Shown: one piece after another, positions 36,214 through 45,000 of the stretch
Numbering within the stretch: the first letter of the stretch is position 1
How the letters are laid out: every line of letters begins with the position of its first letter
Made by a program: the position numbers and the translations under genes
NCBI GenBank assembly: GCA_016867035.1
Contig: VGKO01000003.1
Coordinates: forward strand, 1 to 45,000
Direction of reading: 5' to 3'
DNA: 45,000 nucleotides
From: Candidatus Pacearchaeota archaeon
GTDB lineage: Archaea; Nanobdellota; Nanobdellia; Pacearchaeales; GW2011-AR1
Notes under the pieces: generated by a model
Databases searched by the model: none
What the model saw: only the letters and a program-made list of their open reading frames with translations
Told to the model about the DNA's origin: nothing

Positions 36214-36666
36214 ATGGGAAACTTTAGACAAGATTCAGGTGGATTTGATAGAAGAAACCGCTCTAGTGGTAATCGTGGAAGATTCGGAGGAAATAGGTTT
36301 GGAAGAGGCAATGATGATAGAGAAGGAGATTCTGGGGGCTTTAATAGAGGGGGAAGAGGGGATAGAGGAAGAAGACCAAGTTTTGTAAAACACGAAGTTA
36401 CTTGTGATAAATGCGGAAAATTATGCGATGTTCCATTCAAGCCTACAACAGGAAAACCAATTTATTGTAGAGATTGTTTTGGTTCTGAAAAGTCAAGCCC
36501 CAGTTCTGGTTCTGGTGGAATGTCTAATGAACAATTTGAAAAGCTTAATTCTAAACTTGATAAAATACTTAAAATTCTTGAGAGTGTTGAAATAGAAGAT
36601 GTTGATGGAGAGAACGATGACGGGGATAGTGAAGAAGATTCAGAAGATGAAAGTGAAGAAGAATAA
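36214..36666 (+). CDS. CxxC-x17-CxxC zinc-ribbon protein with RG-rich N-terminus and acidic tail
   Basis: CDKCG..VPFKPTTGKPIYCRDCF; GGF/RG repeats; D/E-rich C-terminus. Confidence 0.85.
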   Translation: MGNFRQDSGGFDRRNRSSGNRGRFGGNRFGRGNDDREGDSGGFNRGGRGDRGRRPSFVKHEVTCDKCGKLCDVPFKPTTGKPIYCRDCFGSEKSSPSSGSGGMSNEQFEKLNSKLDKILKILESVEIEDVDGENDDGDSEEDSEDESEEE

Positions 36667-36809
36667 AATAAAAAATAATAACAAAAATATCGTCGATAGA
36701 TTATTTATTTAATAAATTAAAAATTTAAAAAGGATTTATTTTAAGATATTTTTTTACAAAACAAAACATTTATAAACCCCCTAAATTATAACATTTTATT
36801 AAGATAAAA

Positions 36810-38096
36810 ATGGCAGACAAAAAAATAAACGTTAATGTTGTATTCGTTGGACATGTAGATCATGGAAAATCTACAACTATTGGTAGATTAATGTATGATG
36901 CTGGAATGATTCCAGAACAAGAAATGCAAAAACTTAAAGAAGAAGCTCAAAAAGTAGGAAAAGTTGGTTTTGAATTTGCTTTTGTTATGGATAAGTTTAA
37001 AGAAGAAAGAGAAAGAGGAGTTACAATTGATTTATCTTACAAGAAATTAATAACTAAAAAATATTCTGTTACAATTATTGATGCACCAGGACACAAGGAT
37101 TTTGTTAAAAATATGATTACTGGAGCTAGCCAAGCAGATGCTGCTTTCTTAACTGTTTCAGCTAAAGATGGAGTTCAACCACAAACAAAAGAACACTTAT
37201 GGTTATTGAGAACAATGGGAGTTCAACAAGTTAATGTTAATATCAATAAAATGGATGCTGTTGAGTATAAAGAAGAAGCTTACAAAAAAGCAGTAGCTGA
37301 TGTTTCTGTTATTCTAAAACAAGTTGGAATAAATCCTGAAAAAGTTAAATTCTTAGCTATTTCTGCTTTCCTTGGAGATAATATTGTTAAAAAATCAGAT
37401 AAAATGCCTTGGTACAATGGGCCAACATTAATGGAAATGCTTGACTTACTTGAAGAACCTAAGAAACCTACAAATTTACCAATGAGAATGCCTTTACAAG
37501 ATGTTTATGAAATCACAGGTATCGGAGTTGTTCCTGTTGGAAAAATTGAAACAGGAATTATGAAAGTAGGACAAAAAGTTATAATCATACCCGGAAGATC
37601 TGGAAAAGGAGTTCCTGGTGAAATTAAGACAATTGAAATGCACCATGAAGCTATGCCTGAAGCTGCTGCTGGAGACAATGTTGGAATCAACATCAAAGGT
37701 ATAGGTAAAAAGGATGTAGCTAGAGGAGATGTAGTTTGCGATGCAGGAAAACCTGCTACAATTGCAGAAGAATTCACTGCTCAAATTGCAGTTATCAATC
37801 ACCCAACTGTTATTGCTAAAGGCTATACTCCTGTATTCCATGTACACACAGCACAAGTTCCATGCCAATTCTTAGAAATTGTAAAGAAAATTGATCCTAA
37901 AACAGGACAAGCTTCAACTGAAAAAGTTGATTTCTTGAAAAATGGAGATGTTGCTGTTGTTAGATTAAAACCTATGGGCAACCTAGTTATTGAGAAACAA
38001 ACAGACAACCCAAATATGTCAAGATTTGCTATCAGAGATGCTGGTGCAACTGTTGCTGCTGGAATCTGCATTGACTTAAAAGCAAAGGCAATTTAA
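36810..38096 (+). CDS. tuf: Translation elongation factor aEF-1alpha
   Basis: [43 protein letters not shown]. Confidence 0.98.
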   Translation: MADKKINVNVVFVGHVDHGKSTTIGRLMYDAGMIPEQEMQKLKEEAQKVGKVGFEFAFVMDKFKEERERGVTIDLSYKKLITKKYSVTIIDAPGHKDFVKNMITGASQADAAFLTVSAKDGVQPQTKEHLWLLRTMGVQQVNVNINKMDAVEYKEEAYKKAVADVSVILKQVGINPEKVKFLAISAFLGDNIVKKSDKMPWYNGPTLMEMLDLLEEPKKPTNLPMRMPLQDVYEITGIGVVPVGKIETGIMKVGQKVIIIPGRSGKGVPGEIKTIEMHHEAMPEAAAGDNVGINIKGIGKKDVARGDVVCDAGKPATIAEEFTAQIAVINHPTVIAKGYTPVFHVHTAQVPCQFLEIVKKIDPKTGQASTEKVDFLKNGDVAVVRLKPMGNLVIEKQTDNPNMSRFAIRDAGATVAAGICIDLKAKAI

Positions 38097-38427
38097 TCAA
38101 CTTATACTTGAATAAATAATTCTAAACAAATAAACAAACTTTATGATAAGATGAAATCACCATTAGTATCCATAAAAAATTTCTTTGTCAATCTTAGGAG
38201 ATATAGCCCACATCATTTAGGGGTTATTGTTGCACTCAATCTAATTAGTGCTATACTTTTCCTAAAAAATAGAGTTCGATTCTATTAAAAATCATAGGAA
38301 TAACTTCTTGTAAAAACTCTTGGATTTTTAATTTAAATTGCATTGCTTAAGAAGTAATTAAAAAAATAAAGAAAAAGTAATTTTCGAAGCTTGCGCCACA
38401 TGGGGTCTTGCTTCCGAAATGTTTGAG

Positions 38428-38496
38428 CTATTCTTCCTCGAGAGTATCTTCGTCACCTAAAAAACTATCGAGGTCCTCCGGCTCACCGTCAGACAT
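38428..38496 (-). CDS. Putative 22-aa acidic micropeptide MSDGEPEDLDSFLGDEDTLEEE
   Basis: SD GAGGT 5 nt before the ATG, TATA TTTATAAA at 38538-38545, downstream hairpin and T-tract. Confidence 0.55.
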   Translation of the reverse strand: MSDGEPEDLDSFLGDEDTLEEE

Positions 38497-38604
38497 ATAT
38501 AACCTCATTTTGTATTAATTTTACATTATCACGGGGGTTTATAAACATTTTTATTCTCGAAAAAACACGAAAAGGTTATTAAACATTCAATTGCACAGTA
38601 AAAC

Positions 38605-39315
38605 ATGGAGAAAGAAAAAAATATTATTGAACTGAAAAATGTATTTAGATATTATCAAATGGGCGAAAATATTGTCAAAGCTCTTGATGGAATTAATATA
38701 AAAATACGCGAGGGAGATTTTGTTGCAATAATGGGGCCAAGTGGCTCTGGAAAATCAACAGCTATGAACTTGGTTGGAAGTTTAGACTTGGCTACTCGCG
38801 GAAATATTTATTTGGATAATCTTGACATCGAGCATTTAGAGGAATCAGATTTGGCTAACATAAGAGGAAAGAAAATAGGATTTATTTTTCAAAGCTTTAA
38901 TTTAATTCCAAACCTAACTGCTAAAGAAAATGTTATGCTTCCAATGTTATTTCAAGCTACAGAGGAAGATTTTAGAAGAGAGAGAGCAGAGCAATTGCTT
39001 AAACTTGTGGAACTTGGCGATAGAATGGATCACTATCCAAACCAATTATCAGGGGGACAACAACAAAGAGTTGCAATCGCAAGAGCGCTAGCAAATGATC
39101 CTGAAGTAATCCTTGCAGACGAGCCTACCGGCAATTTAGATACGCGAACAGGCGAATTAGTAATGGGTTTTTTAGAGGATTTTAATAAAAAAGGCAAAAC
39201 CATTATCATGGTTACACATTCGCCTGAATTAGCGCACGAACATGCCCGCACAATTTATTGGGTTAAAGATGGTAAGATTGAAAAGATAACTCGTGGTAAA
39301 AAGAGTAAGAAATAG
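38605..39315 (+). CDS. ABC transporter ATP-binding protein (LolD/MacB-type)
   Basis: GPSGSGKST, LSGGQQQRVAIARAL, ILADEPTGNLD, MVTH. Confidence 0.95.
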   Translation: MEKEKNIIELKNVFRYYQMGENIVKALDGINIKIREGDFVAIMGPSGSGKSTAMNLVGSLDLATRGNIYLDNLDIEHLEESDLANIRGKKIGFIFQSFNLIPNLTAKENVMLPMLFQATEEDFRRERAEQLLKLVELGDRMDHYPNQLSGGQQQRVAIARALANDPEVILADEPTGNLDTRTGELVMGFLEDFNKKGKTIIMVTHSPELAHEHARTIYWVKDGKIEKITRGKKSKK

Positions 39316-39368
39316 GTCTTATTCTCGATAACCCAAAAGTTTTTAAACAGCTTTTTCCGAGTTTATTT

Positions 39369-39617
39369 ATGAAAAACACCTCAAAATATCTAGCTTATGC
39401 TGCATTTGCTTTAGCTGTATCTTCTTCATGTTATAGTCTTTTTCAAACAATTCAAATAGGTACTTTTGAAAGACGAGGAAACGTTACAGAAGCAAGAACT
39501 GCTGAAAGAAAAGCAGTTGGAGGACTAGTTGTTGCTCTTGCTTCAATGCTCTTCGGTTCAAGAAAACTATACAAAAGTATAGCTGGCGAAGAAGTAGTTT
39601 TAAGAGCAGCAGATTAA
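39369..39617 (+). CDS. Small two-TM hypothetical protein
   Basis: Two hydrophobic helices; own TATA TTTTTAAA upstream. Confidence 0.6.
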   Translation: MKNTSKYLAYAAFALAVSSSCYSLFQTIQIGTFERRGNVTEARTAERKAVGGLVVALASMLFGSRKLYKSIAGEEVVLRAAD

Positions 39618-39673
39618 GATAAATCAAGAAACAATAATAATAAATAAAAAAATAAAAACAAGATAAAATTAAA

Positions 39674-39928
39674 ATGGATAGAGAGAAATCAAGTTACCTC
39701 GGAATTTGTGGTACCCTGGTAGGATTATTGCTGGCCGGTTATTCCCTATTTAGGGCAGAACAAGAGTATAACAGAAATCCCGCAGGTGCCTTAATACAAA
39801 CCAATATGGCAGAGACTGAACAAAGAGCCAAAAACTGGGCTAAGTTAGGGCTTGCGGGTTTGGCATTATCATCGGCTGCATCAATCGTAACTTTGGGGGC
39901 TTCAAATCCAGATAATCAGGAAATTTAG
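39674..39928 (+). CDS. Small two-TM hypothetical protein
   Basis: Two hydrophobic helices; same layout as the preceding gene. Confidence 0.6.
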   Translation: MDREKSSYLGICGTLVGLLLAGYSLFRAEQEYNRNPAGALIQTNMAETEQRAKNWAKLGLAGLALSSAASIVTLGASNPDNQEI

Positions 39929-39960
39929 AATAAACAGAATAAAAATAAATAAAAAATAAC

Positions 39961-40845
39961 ATGAAAACAAAAACAATGAATTTCGCAATAACATTTATGC
40001 TGGCAATAGCAATTCTTGCCTCTTTTAATTTAGCTAGTGCAATGATTATTGACAATGTTGACCAAGGCACACTTTATCCGAGCCAAGATACTACTCTTAC
40101 TATAACTGTAAAAAACACACTTAATGATGATGTGGACAAGGTTTCTCTTACATTATTATTTACAGAAGACTCCACAAAAGCCTTGCAATTCTCTCCTGTT
40201 GGAAGTTCAGAGGATAGTGTTGATGAAATTGAGGAAGACGAAGACGAAGATCTTGAATTTAAAATAAAAGCTTCTAATAACTTACAGCCAGGAGATTATA
40301 ATATTCCTTATCAACTTGTATATTACAATCAAACAGGCTCAAAATTTACAAAAACAGGATCTATTGGAGTTCAAGTAAATTCTAAACTTAATTTGGATTT
40401 TATTGCTTCTACTAGCAACCCTGTTTTTGGAGAAAAAGGAAAGATAAACCTTAAGATTGTTAATCAGGGTTTGGGAGAAATAAAATTTCTTTCTGTAGAT
40501 TTAGAACCTAATGGCTATAAACTTTTATCAGAGAAAAAAGTTTACATCGGTTCAATAAGTAGCGATGACTTTCAAACAGCAAGTTTTGATGTAATATTCG
40601 ATAAAACCAATATAAACTTGGTTGCATTAATTCAATACTCAGACTTTGAAAATAATCCAAGAACTCAGACAATAACCTTGCCTATTAAAGTTTATACACA
40701 AAAAGAAGCCATCTCTGCAGGAATCAAGCAACCAAGTAAAGCTTGGGTAATTGTGGTTGTTATTGTTTTATTAATTCTATTCCTACTATACAGAAGAGCT
40801 AAAAAAAGAAAGAAAGCTAAAGAAAAAGCACAGACACTAAATTAA
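39961..40845 (+). CDS. COG1361-like S-layer/Ig domain protein accompanying the ABC transporter
   Basis: Signal peptide, LTITVKN, PGDYNIP, KIVNQG, YIGSISSDD, C-terminal TM. Confidence 0.8.
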   Translation: MKTKTMNFAITFMLAIAILASFNLASAMIIDNVDQGTLYPSQDTTLTITVKNTLNDDVDKVSLTLLFTEDSTKALQFSPVGSSEDSVDEIEEDEDEDLEFKIKASNNLQPGDYNIPYQLVYYNQTGSKFTKTGSIGVQVNSKLNLDFIASTSNPVFGEKGKINLKIVNQGLGEIKFLSVDLEPNGYKLLSEKKVYIGSISSDDFQTASFDVIFDKTNINLVALIQYSDFENNPRTQTITLPIKVYTQKEAISAGIKQPSKAWVIVVVIVLLILFLLYRRAKKRKKAKEKAQTLN

Positions 40846-40899
40846 TAAACGTGCTTTTTGAGTATCATCTAGGGTTTAGAGCCTATTTTAAATAATAAA

Positions 40900-42117
40900 A
40901 TGGTAAAAAAATATTTTTTTCTTGCGTTTAGAAATCTTAAAAGAAGAGGGCTAAGAAGTTGGCTTACTATGCTCGGAATTTTTATAGGGATTGCTGCTGT
41001 AGTATCACTAATATCTTTAGGACAAGGATTACAAACAGCAATAATGGGACAGTTTAATGCTTTAAGTACAGATAGACTTACTATAAGAAATGCAGAAACA
41101 GGCTTTGGTCCTCCGGGCTCAACTGCTATTGAAAAATTAAATCAGCATGATGTAGATATTATAAAAGGAGTTAATGGGGTAGAGGAAGTTATTCCAAGAC
41201 TCCTTAGATCAGTAAGCCTTGAATATAATAAAATAAGGGGTTTTGCTTATTTGGTAAGCATGCCGCCGGATAAAACTCAAATAGATTTAATTTACAATGC
41301 TTTTGATGCTGAGCCAGAAACAGGAAGATTACTTGAGAAAGAAGATAAAGGCAAAGTATTACTCGGGCATGATTTTTCTACAACTGAATTTTATAATAAA
41401 GATATTGTAACAGGAAGCAGAATAGTTTTACAAGGAAAAGAGTTCGAGGTTATAGGAATTTTAAAAGCATCAAGTAGTTTTCAAATTAATTTAGCTATAC
41501 TTATGAATGAAGGAGATATGAATGAACTTCTAGATTTAGAAGATGAATATGATTTAATTGTTGTTCAGATAGCTAAAGGAGCAGACATAGAACAAGTATC
41601 TCTAGCAATTAAAGAAAGAATGCGAAGAGATAGAGGTTTAAAAGAGGGTGAAGAAGATTTTACAGTAGAAACACCGCTAAATACTCTAGCAACAGTTAAT
41701 ACTATTTTACTTGTAATTAATATTGTGGTTATAGGAATTGCACTTGTATCCTTAATTGTTGGGGGTATTGGAATAGCCAATACAATGTACACTAGTGTTC
41801 TAGAAAGAACTCGAGAGATTGGAGTAATGAAAGCAATTGGAGCAAGAAATTCAGATATTCTTTTAATATTTTTATTTGAAGCAGGGCTTTTAGGTTTAAT
41901 TGGCGGTGTTATAGGAGTATTAATAGGTGTTGCTCTTGCTTTCGGAGCTTCTCAAATCGTTAATACAAGTTTAGAAACAGACTTGTTTAAAGTAACTTTT
42001 TCTTATTCGTTAATCTTATTTTCCATAGCTTTTTCATTCATAGTTGGAGTTATTTCAGGAGTTTTCCCAGCACGCCAAGCAAGTAAATTAAAACCAGTTG
42101 ATGCGCTGAGGGGATAA
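40900..42117 (+). CDS. ABC transporter permease (MacB/FtsX family)
   Basis: RSWLTMLGIFIGI, GIANTMYTSVLERTREIG, PARQASKLKPVDALR. Confidence 0.93.
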   Translation: MVKKYFFLAFRNLKRRGLRSWLTMLGIFIGIAAVVSLISLGQGLQTAIMGQFNALSTDRLTIRNAETGFGPPGSTAIEKLNQHDVDIIKGVNGVEEVIPRLLRSVSLEYNKIRGFAYLVSMPPDKTQIDLIYNAFDAEPETGRLLEKEDKGKVLLGHDFSTTEFYNKDIVTGSRIVLQGKEFEVIGILKASSSFQINLAILMNEGDMNELLDLEDEYDLIVVQIAKGADIEQVSLAIKERMRRDRGLKEGEEDFTVETPLNTLATVNTILLVINIVVIGIALVSLIVGGIGIANTMYTSVLERTREIGVMKAIGARNSDILLIFLFEAGLLGLIGGVIGVLIGVALAFGASQIVNTSLETDLFKVTFSYSLILFSIAFSFIVGVISGVFPARQASKLKPVDALRG

Positions 42118-42124
42118 GCTTCAG

Positions 42125-43336
42125 ATGATTAAAGACTATTTTAAAATTGCAATCAAGAACTTGAGGAAAAGACAACTTAGAAGTTGGCTTACTCTTGTGG
42201 GCATATTCATGTCAATAGCAATTATATTTATTCTTGTAAGTCTTTCTTTGGGTTTGCAAGGTGCGGTGGGGGAACAATTTAAGAAATTGGGTTCAGATAA
42301 ATTCTTTGTACAACCTCTTGGAATGTCTGGCGGGCCTGGCTCGAGTGGGGCAGTAACCCTAACTACCAAAGATGCAGAGATTATTGAAAAGGTTTCAGGA
42401 GTAGAAGAAGTAACGTATATGGCTGCAGGCAATTCCAAAGTTGAATATGGTGATAAAACCAGATATTATCCTGTTTATGGAATTCCCGAAGGTGGAATGG
42501 ATTTATTCATTGAATCAGGTTCTATAGAAATTGACGAAGGCAGACTAATACAGAAAGATGGAAATAAAGAAGTTATGCTTGGAAGCGATTTTAAGAAAGG
42601 TAAGTTGTTTGATAAACCCCTCAAGACCGGAAGTACTATCCTTATTGATGGTGTTGAATTTAAGGTAAAAACTATTTTTGAGCCTGTTGGAAACCCACAA
42701 GATGATAAAAATATTATTATCGGTTTTGAAGACTTCAAAAGTTTGTTTTCTTCAGGTGAGAAGGTAGATTATATTATTATTAAAATAAAAGAAGGCGAAA
42801 ACATTACTGAAGTTGCAGATAGAGTTGAAAGAAAACTCATGAATTTCCGAGATGTTACTGAAAAAACCAAAGATTTTGCGATATTAACTCCAGAAGAATT
42901 ATTAAAAAGTTTTCAAACTATCCTTAATATTATTACTTATTTCTTAATAGGTGTTGCTGCAATATCTCTCGTTGTAGGCAGCATAGGAATAGCCAATACA
43001 ATGTACACTAGTGTTCTAGAAAGAACTCGAGAGATTGGAGTAATGAAAGCAATTGGAGCAAGAAATTCAGATATTCTACTCATATTTTTAATTGAATCGG
43101 GTTTAATTGGTGCAACAGGTGGTATTCTTGGTGTTATTTTGGGTTTGATAGTTGCAAAGTCTGTTGAGTTTGTAGCGGCCAATCAATTAGGAACAAACTT
43201 ACTACAGGCAGCCACGCCTCTTTACTTGATTCTTGGTTGCATCGGTTTTGCGTTTATTATTGGTGCATTATCAGGAATATTTCCAGCCCGCCAAGCAAGC
43301 AAAACAAAAACCGTTGATGCGCTGCGTTATGAGTAA
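42125..43336 (+). CDS. ABC transporter permease (MacB/FtsX family), paralog 2
   Basis: Same motifs as paralog 1; ends PARQASKTKTVDALRYE. Confidence 0.93.
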   Translation: MIKDYFKIAIKNLRKRQLRSWLTLVGIFMSIAIIFILVSLSLGLQGAVGEQFKKLGSDKFFVQPLGMSGGPGSSGAVTLTTKDAEIIEKVSGVEEVTYMAAGNSKVEYGDKTRYYPVYGIPEGGMDLFIESGSIEIDEGRLIQKDGNKEVMLGSDFKKGKLFDKPLKTGSTILIDGVEFKVKTIFEPVGNPQDDKNIIIGFEDFKSLFSSGEKVDYIIIKIKEGENITEVADRVERKLMNFRDVTEKTKDFAILTPEELLKSFQTILNIITYFLIGVAAISLVVGSIGIANTMYTSVLERTREIGVMKAIGARNSDILLIFLIESGLIGATGGILGVILGLIVAKSVEFVAANQLGTNLLQAATPLYLILGCIGFAFIIGALSGIFPARQASKTKTVDALRYE

Positions 43337-43347
43337 TAAAAGACAAC

Positions 43348-43412
43348 CTAACGGTTTTCTTTTATGAAACTTTCCCTAGAGTAAGCTAACGGTTTTCTTT
43401 TATGAAACTTTC
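43348..43412 (+). repeat. 27-bp direct repeat (2 copies, 11-bp spacer)
   Basis: CTAACGGTTTTCTTTTATGAAACTTTC at 43348-43374 and 43386-43412. Confidence 0.9.
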
Positions 43413-43505
43413 AAGAAATAATTAAAGATTATGTAAAAGATAGAGAAAAAGAAACATTAAATAAAAAAAATAAAAACAAATTGAGTTAAGCTATATGAAG
43501 CGAAA

Positions 43506-43553
43506 TTACAATTTCTTCTTCTTTCTAGCTGCTTTCTTTTTCTTTTTAGCCAT
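43506..43553 (-). CDS. Putative 15-aa basic micropeptide MAKKKKKAARKKKKL
   Basis: SD GAGAGGA upstream, BRE/TATA CGAAAGGTATTTAAA at 43594-43608, long T-tract terminator downstream. Confidence 0.65.
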   Translation of the reverse strand: MAKKKKKAARKKKKL

Positions 43554-43914
43554 TTTTATTTCCTCTCTTTGTAATAATTAATAGGAAAACTTCTTTAAAT
43601 ACCTTTCGCAAATTTTTTGTTTTTGAAAAAAATTATTTTTTATTGAATTTTTTTCTCGACGATAAAAAATATTTGAATTTTCTTAAAATTTCTTAGAATT
43701 CTAAAAATACGGATAATTTTAACAATTTTTATTTTGATTTTTATTGGGTTCAAGAATATTTTTATATTTTAATACTCTAACATATTTGAAATTATTCAAA
43801 ATTATCTAAAATCCTTTAAAAATTTCTTATTTTTTATCTGTAAATCTTCTCAAAACTTCCTAAAGGGAAGTTTTAAAAACCCCCCTTATTTAGCAATTTT
43901 ATACAATATTAAAA

Positions 43915-44334
43915 ATGGTATTCAAAATAAATGTATCTCATAAAGGAAGAACCTTTAAGGTAGAATCTGATAACGAGAGCCTTATTAGAATGAAAATCGG
44001 AGACAAGATTAATGGTAGTCTTATATCTGGAGAGCTAGATGGCTATCAATTAGAAATTACTGGAACAAGCGATATGGCTGGATTTCCCGGAATAAAAGGA
44101 CAAATTGGCGGACAATTAAGAGGTATGCTTTTATCTAAAAATGATTTAGGCATGAACACCACAAGACCAAAGGGATTAAGATTAAAAAAAACAGTACGAG
44201 GGGAAGAAATAAGCGATAAAACAACGCAAATTAATACCAGAGTTCTTAAAGAAGGCGCGAAGAAATTCGATGAAGTTTGCCCTGCTAAAGTCAAAGAAGA
44301 AAAACCAAAAGCAGAAGCAAAACCGGCTGCTTAA
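43915..44334 (+). CDS. rps6e: 30S ribosomal protein S6e
   Basis: KIGD, GYQLEITGTSDMAGFP, GLRLKKTVRGEEI, QINT. Confidence 0.93.
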   Translation: MVFKINVSHKGRTFKVESDNESLIRMKIGDKINGSLISGELDGYQLEITGTSDMAGFPGIKGQIGGQLRGMLLSKNDLGMNTTRPKGLRLKKTVRGEEISDKTTQINTRVLKEGAKKFDEVCPAKVKEEKPKAEAKPAA

Positions 44335-44381
44335 TTAGTAATTCTAGAATAATTTAAAAACATCTGTATCTTGAGTATTTT

Positions 44382-44759
44382 ATGAAAGTAAGGGAGGTTA
44401 TGAAGAAAGCGGTTGCGATAGAAAATGATGTTAGTTTGAGAGAAGCCGCAAAAATAATGAGTAAGAATAATATTGGAAGTTTAATTGTAGTTCACGAAGA
44501 AACAATCAGAGGAATTGTTACAGAAAAAGACATAACTAAAAATGCAGACAATCTTTCTAAAAGAGTTTCAAGTGTTATGGTAAGAAATACAATTACTATT
44601 GATGCGGAGGATGAAATAAGTAATGCTGCCGAACTGATGGCTAAAAATAAAATAAAACATCTTCCTGTTTTAAAAAACGATAAACTTGTTGGAATAATTA
44701 CTTCAGGAGACTTGCTACAAGAACCCGAGGATATTGATGAAGATTTCGCTTTAGAATAA
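44382..44759 (+). CDS. CBS-pair domain protein
   Basis: Two CBS repeats (IGSLIV..GIVTEKD; IKHLPV..LVGIITSGD). Confidence 0.92.
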   Translation: MKVREVMKKAVAIENDVSLREAAKIMSKNNIGSLIVVHEETIRGIVTEKDITKNADNLSKRVSSVMVRNTITIDAEDEISNAAELMAKNKIKHLPVLKNDKLVGIITSGDLLQEPEDIDEDFALE

Positions 44760-44884
44760 ATTTTTTAAATAGATAATAAAGATTTCTTAGAGTTATATTT
44801 CTATTAGTATTGCAATTACCGCAAGTTTGGTTGCTTAATTAACTCTAACAAAACATATTTAAACTACTGAAAATTAAGTAGAAT

Positions 44885-45000
44885 ATGGGAAAATTACTTA
44901 TAGAGTTTAAGGAATTTATAAAAGAATATAAGGTGATTGGACTTGCTGTTGGAATTATAATTGGACTTGCTTCGACTACTTTTGTAAAGGCACTCGTGGA
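44885..45000 (+). CDS. mscL: Large-conductance mechanosensitive channel MscL (5' partial)
   Basis: Manual translation MGKLLIEFKEFIKEYKVIGLAVGIIIGLASTTFVKALV matches the MscL N-terminus and TM1. Confidence 0.85.
   Translation, partial: MGKLLIEFKEFIKEYKVIGLAVGIIIGLASTTFVKALV

Noticed and set aside
38151-38288. 45-aa plus-strand ORF MKSPLVSIKNFF... after EF-1alpha, at the usual S10 position
   Set aside because: No resemblance to uS10, no clear SD or promoter; may be chance or a remnant.
43348-43412. Possible mini-CRISPR array
   Set aside because: Only two repeats, the 11-bp spacer is far too short, and there are no cas genes in the window.
43611-43860. Very AT-rich 250-bp spacer as a replication origin
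   Set aside because: No ORB-like repeats seen and no cdc6/orc1 nearby; explainable as a divergent promoter region.
592-44294. Numerous antisense or overlapping ORFs in the track (e.g. 592-906, 2657-2894, 8542-8832, 21712-24318, 37494-38071, 42136-43182)
   Set aside because: They are shadows of well-supported genes, mostly on the opposite strand, with Phe/Ser/Ile-rich composition and no motifs.

Overview
AT-rich archaeal chromosomal segment, most consistent with a reduced-genome DPANN archaeon (Pacearchaeota/Woesearchaeota-like; inferred from gene content and style, not from a database search). The core is a modified RNA polymerase/str superoperon: rpoH, rpoB, fused rpoA'A'', nusA, rps12, rps7, an orphan, then EF-2, with EF-1alpha displaced about 8 kb downstream and no L30e or S10 alongside. 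Also present: the 3' end of gltX, smc, rnhB, tRNA-iMet and tRNA-Ser(GCT), a cyclophilin, a trxA-trxB-HTH operon, an MBL hydrolase, a LolD/MacB-type ABC system, rps6e, a CBS protein and the start of mscL. Many short orphan or secreted genes are interspersed. Most notable observations: (1) an SMC with canonical condensin heads but a Rad50-type CPLC zinc hook at its midpoint instead of a hinge; (2) a Fic AMPylase with a putative beta-sheet DNA-binding N-terminus, bracketed on both sides by 8 TGTAGACA boxes in a conserved arrangement; (3) an EF-2 with both monovalent-cation ligand positions replaced; (4) an outer-membrane-type beta-barrel candidate; (5) two unannotated, oppositely charged micropeptide genes with their own promoter and SD signals; (6) a GluRS lacking its anticodon-binding domain, a C33 initiator tRNA, an A_AAA_AAG frameshifted gene and a structured element between rpoB and rpoA.
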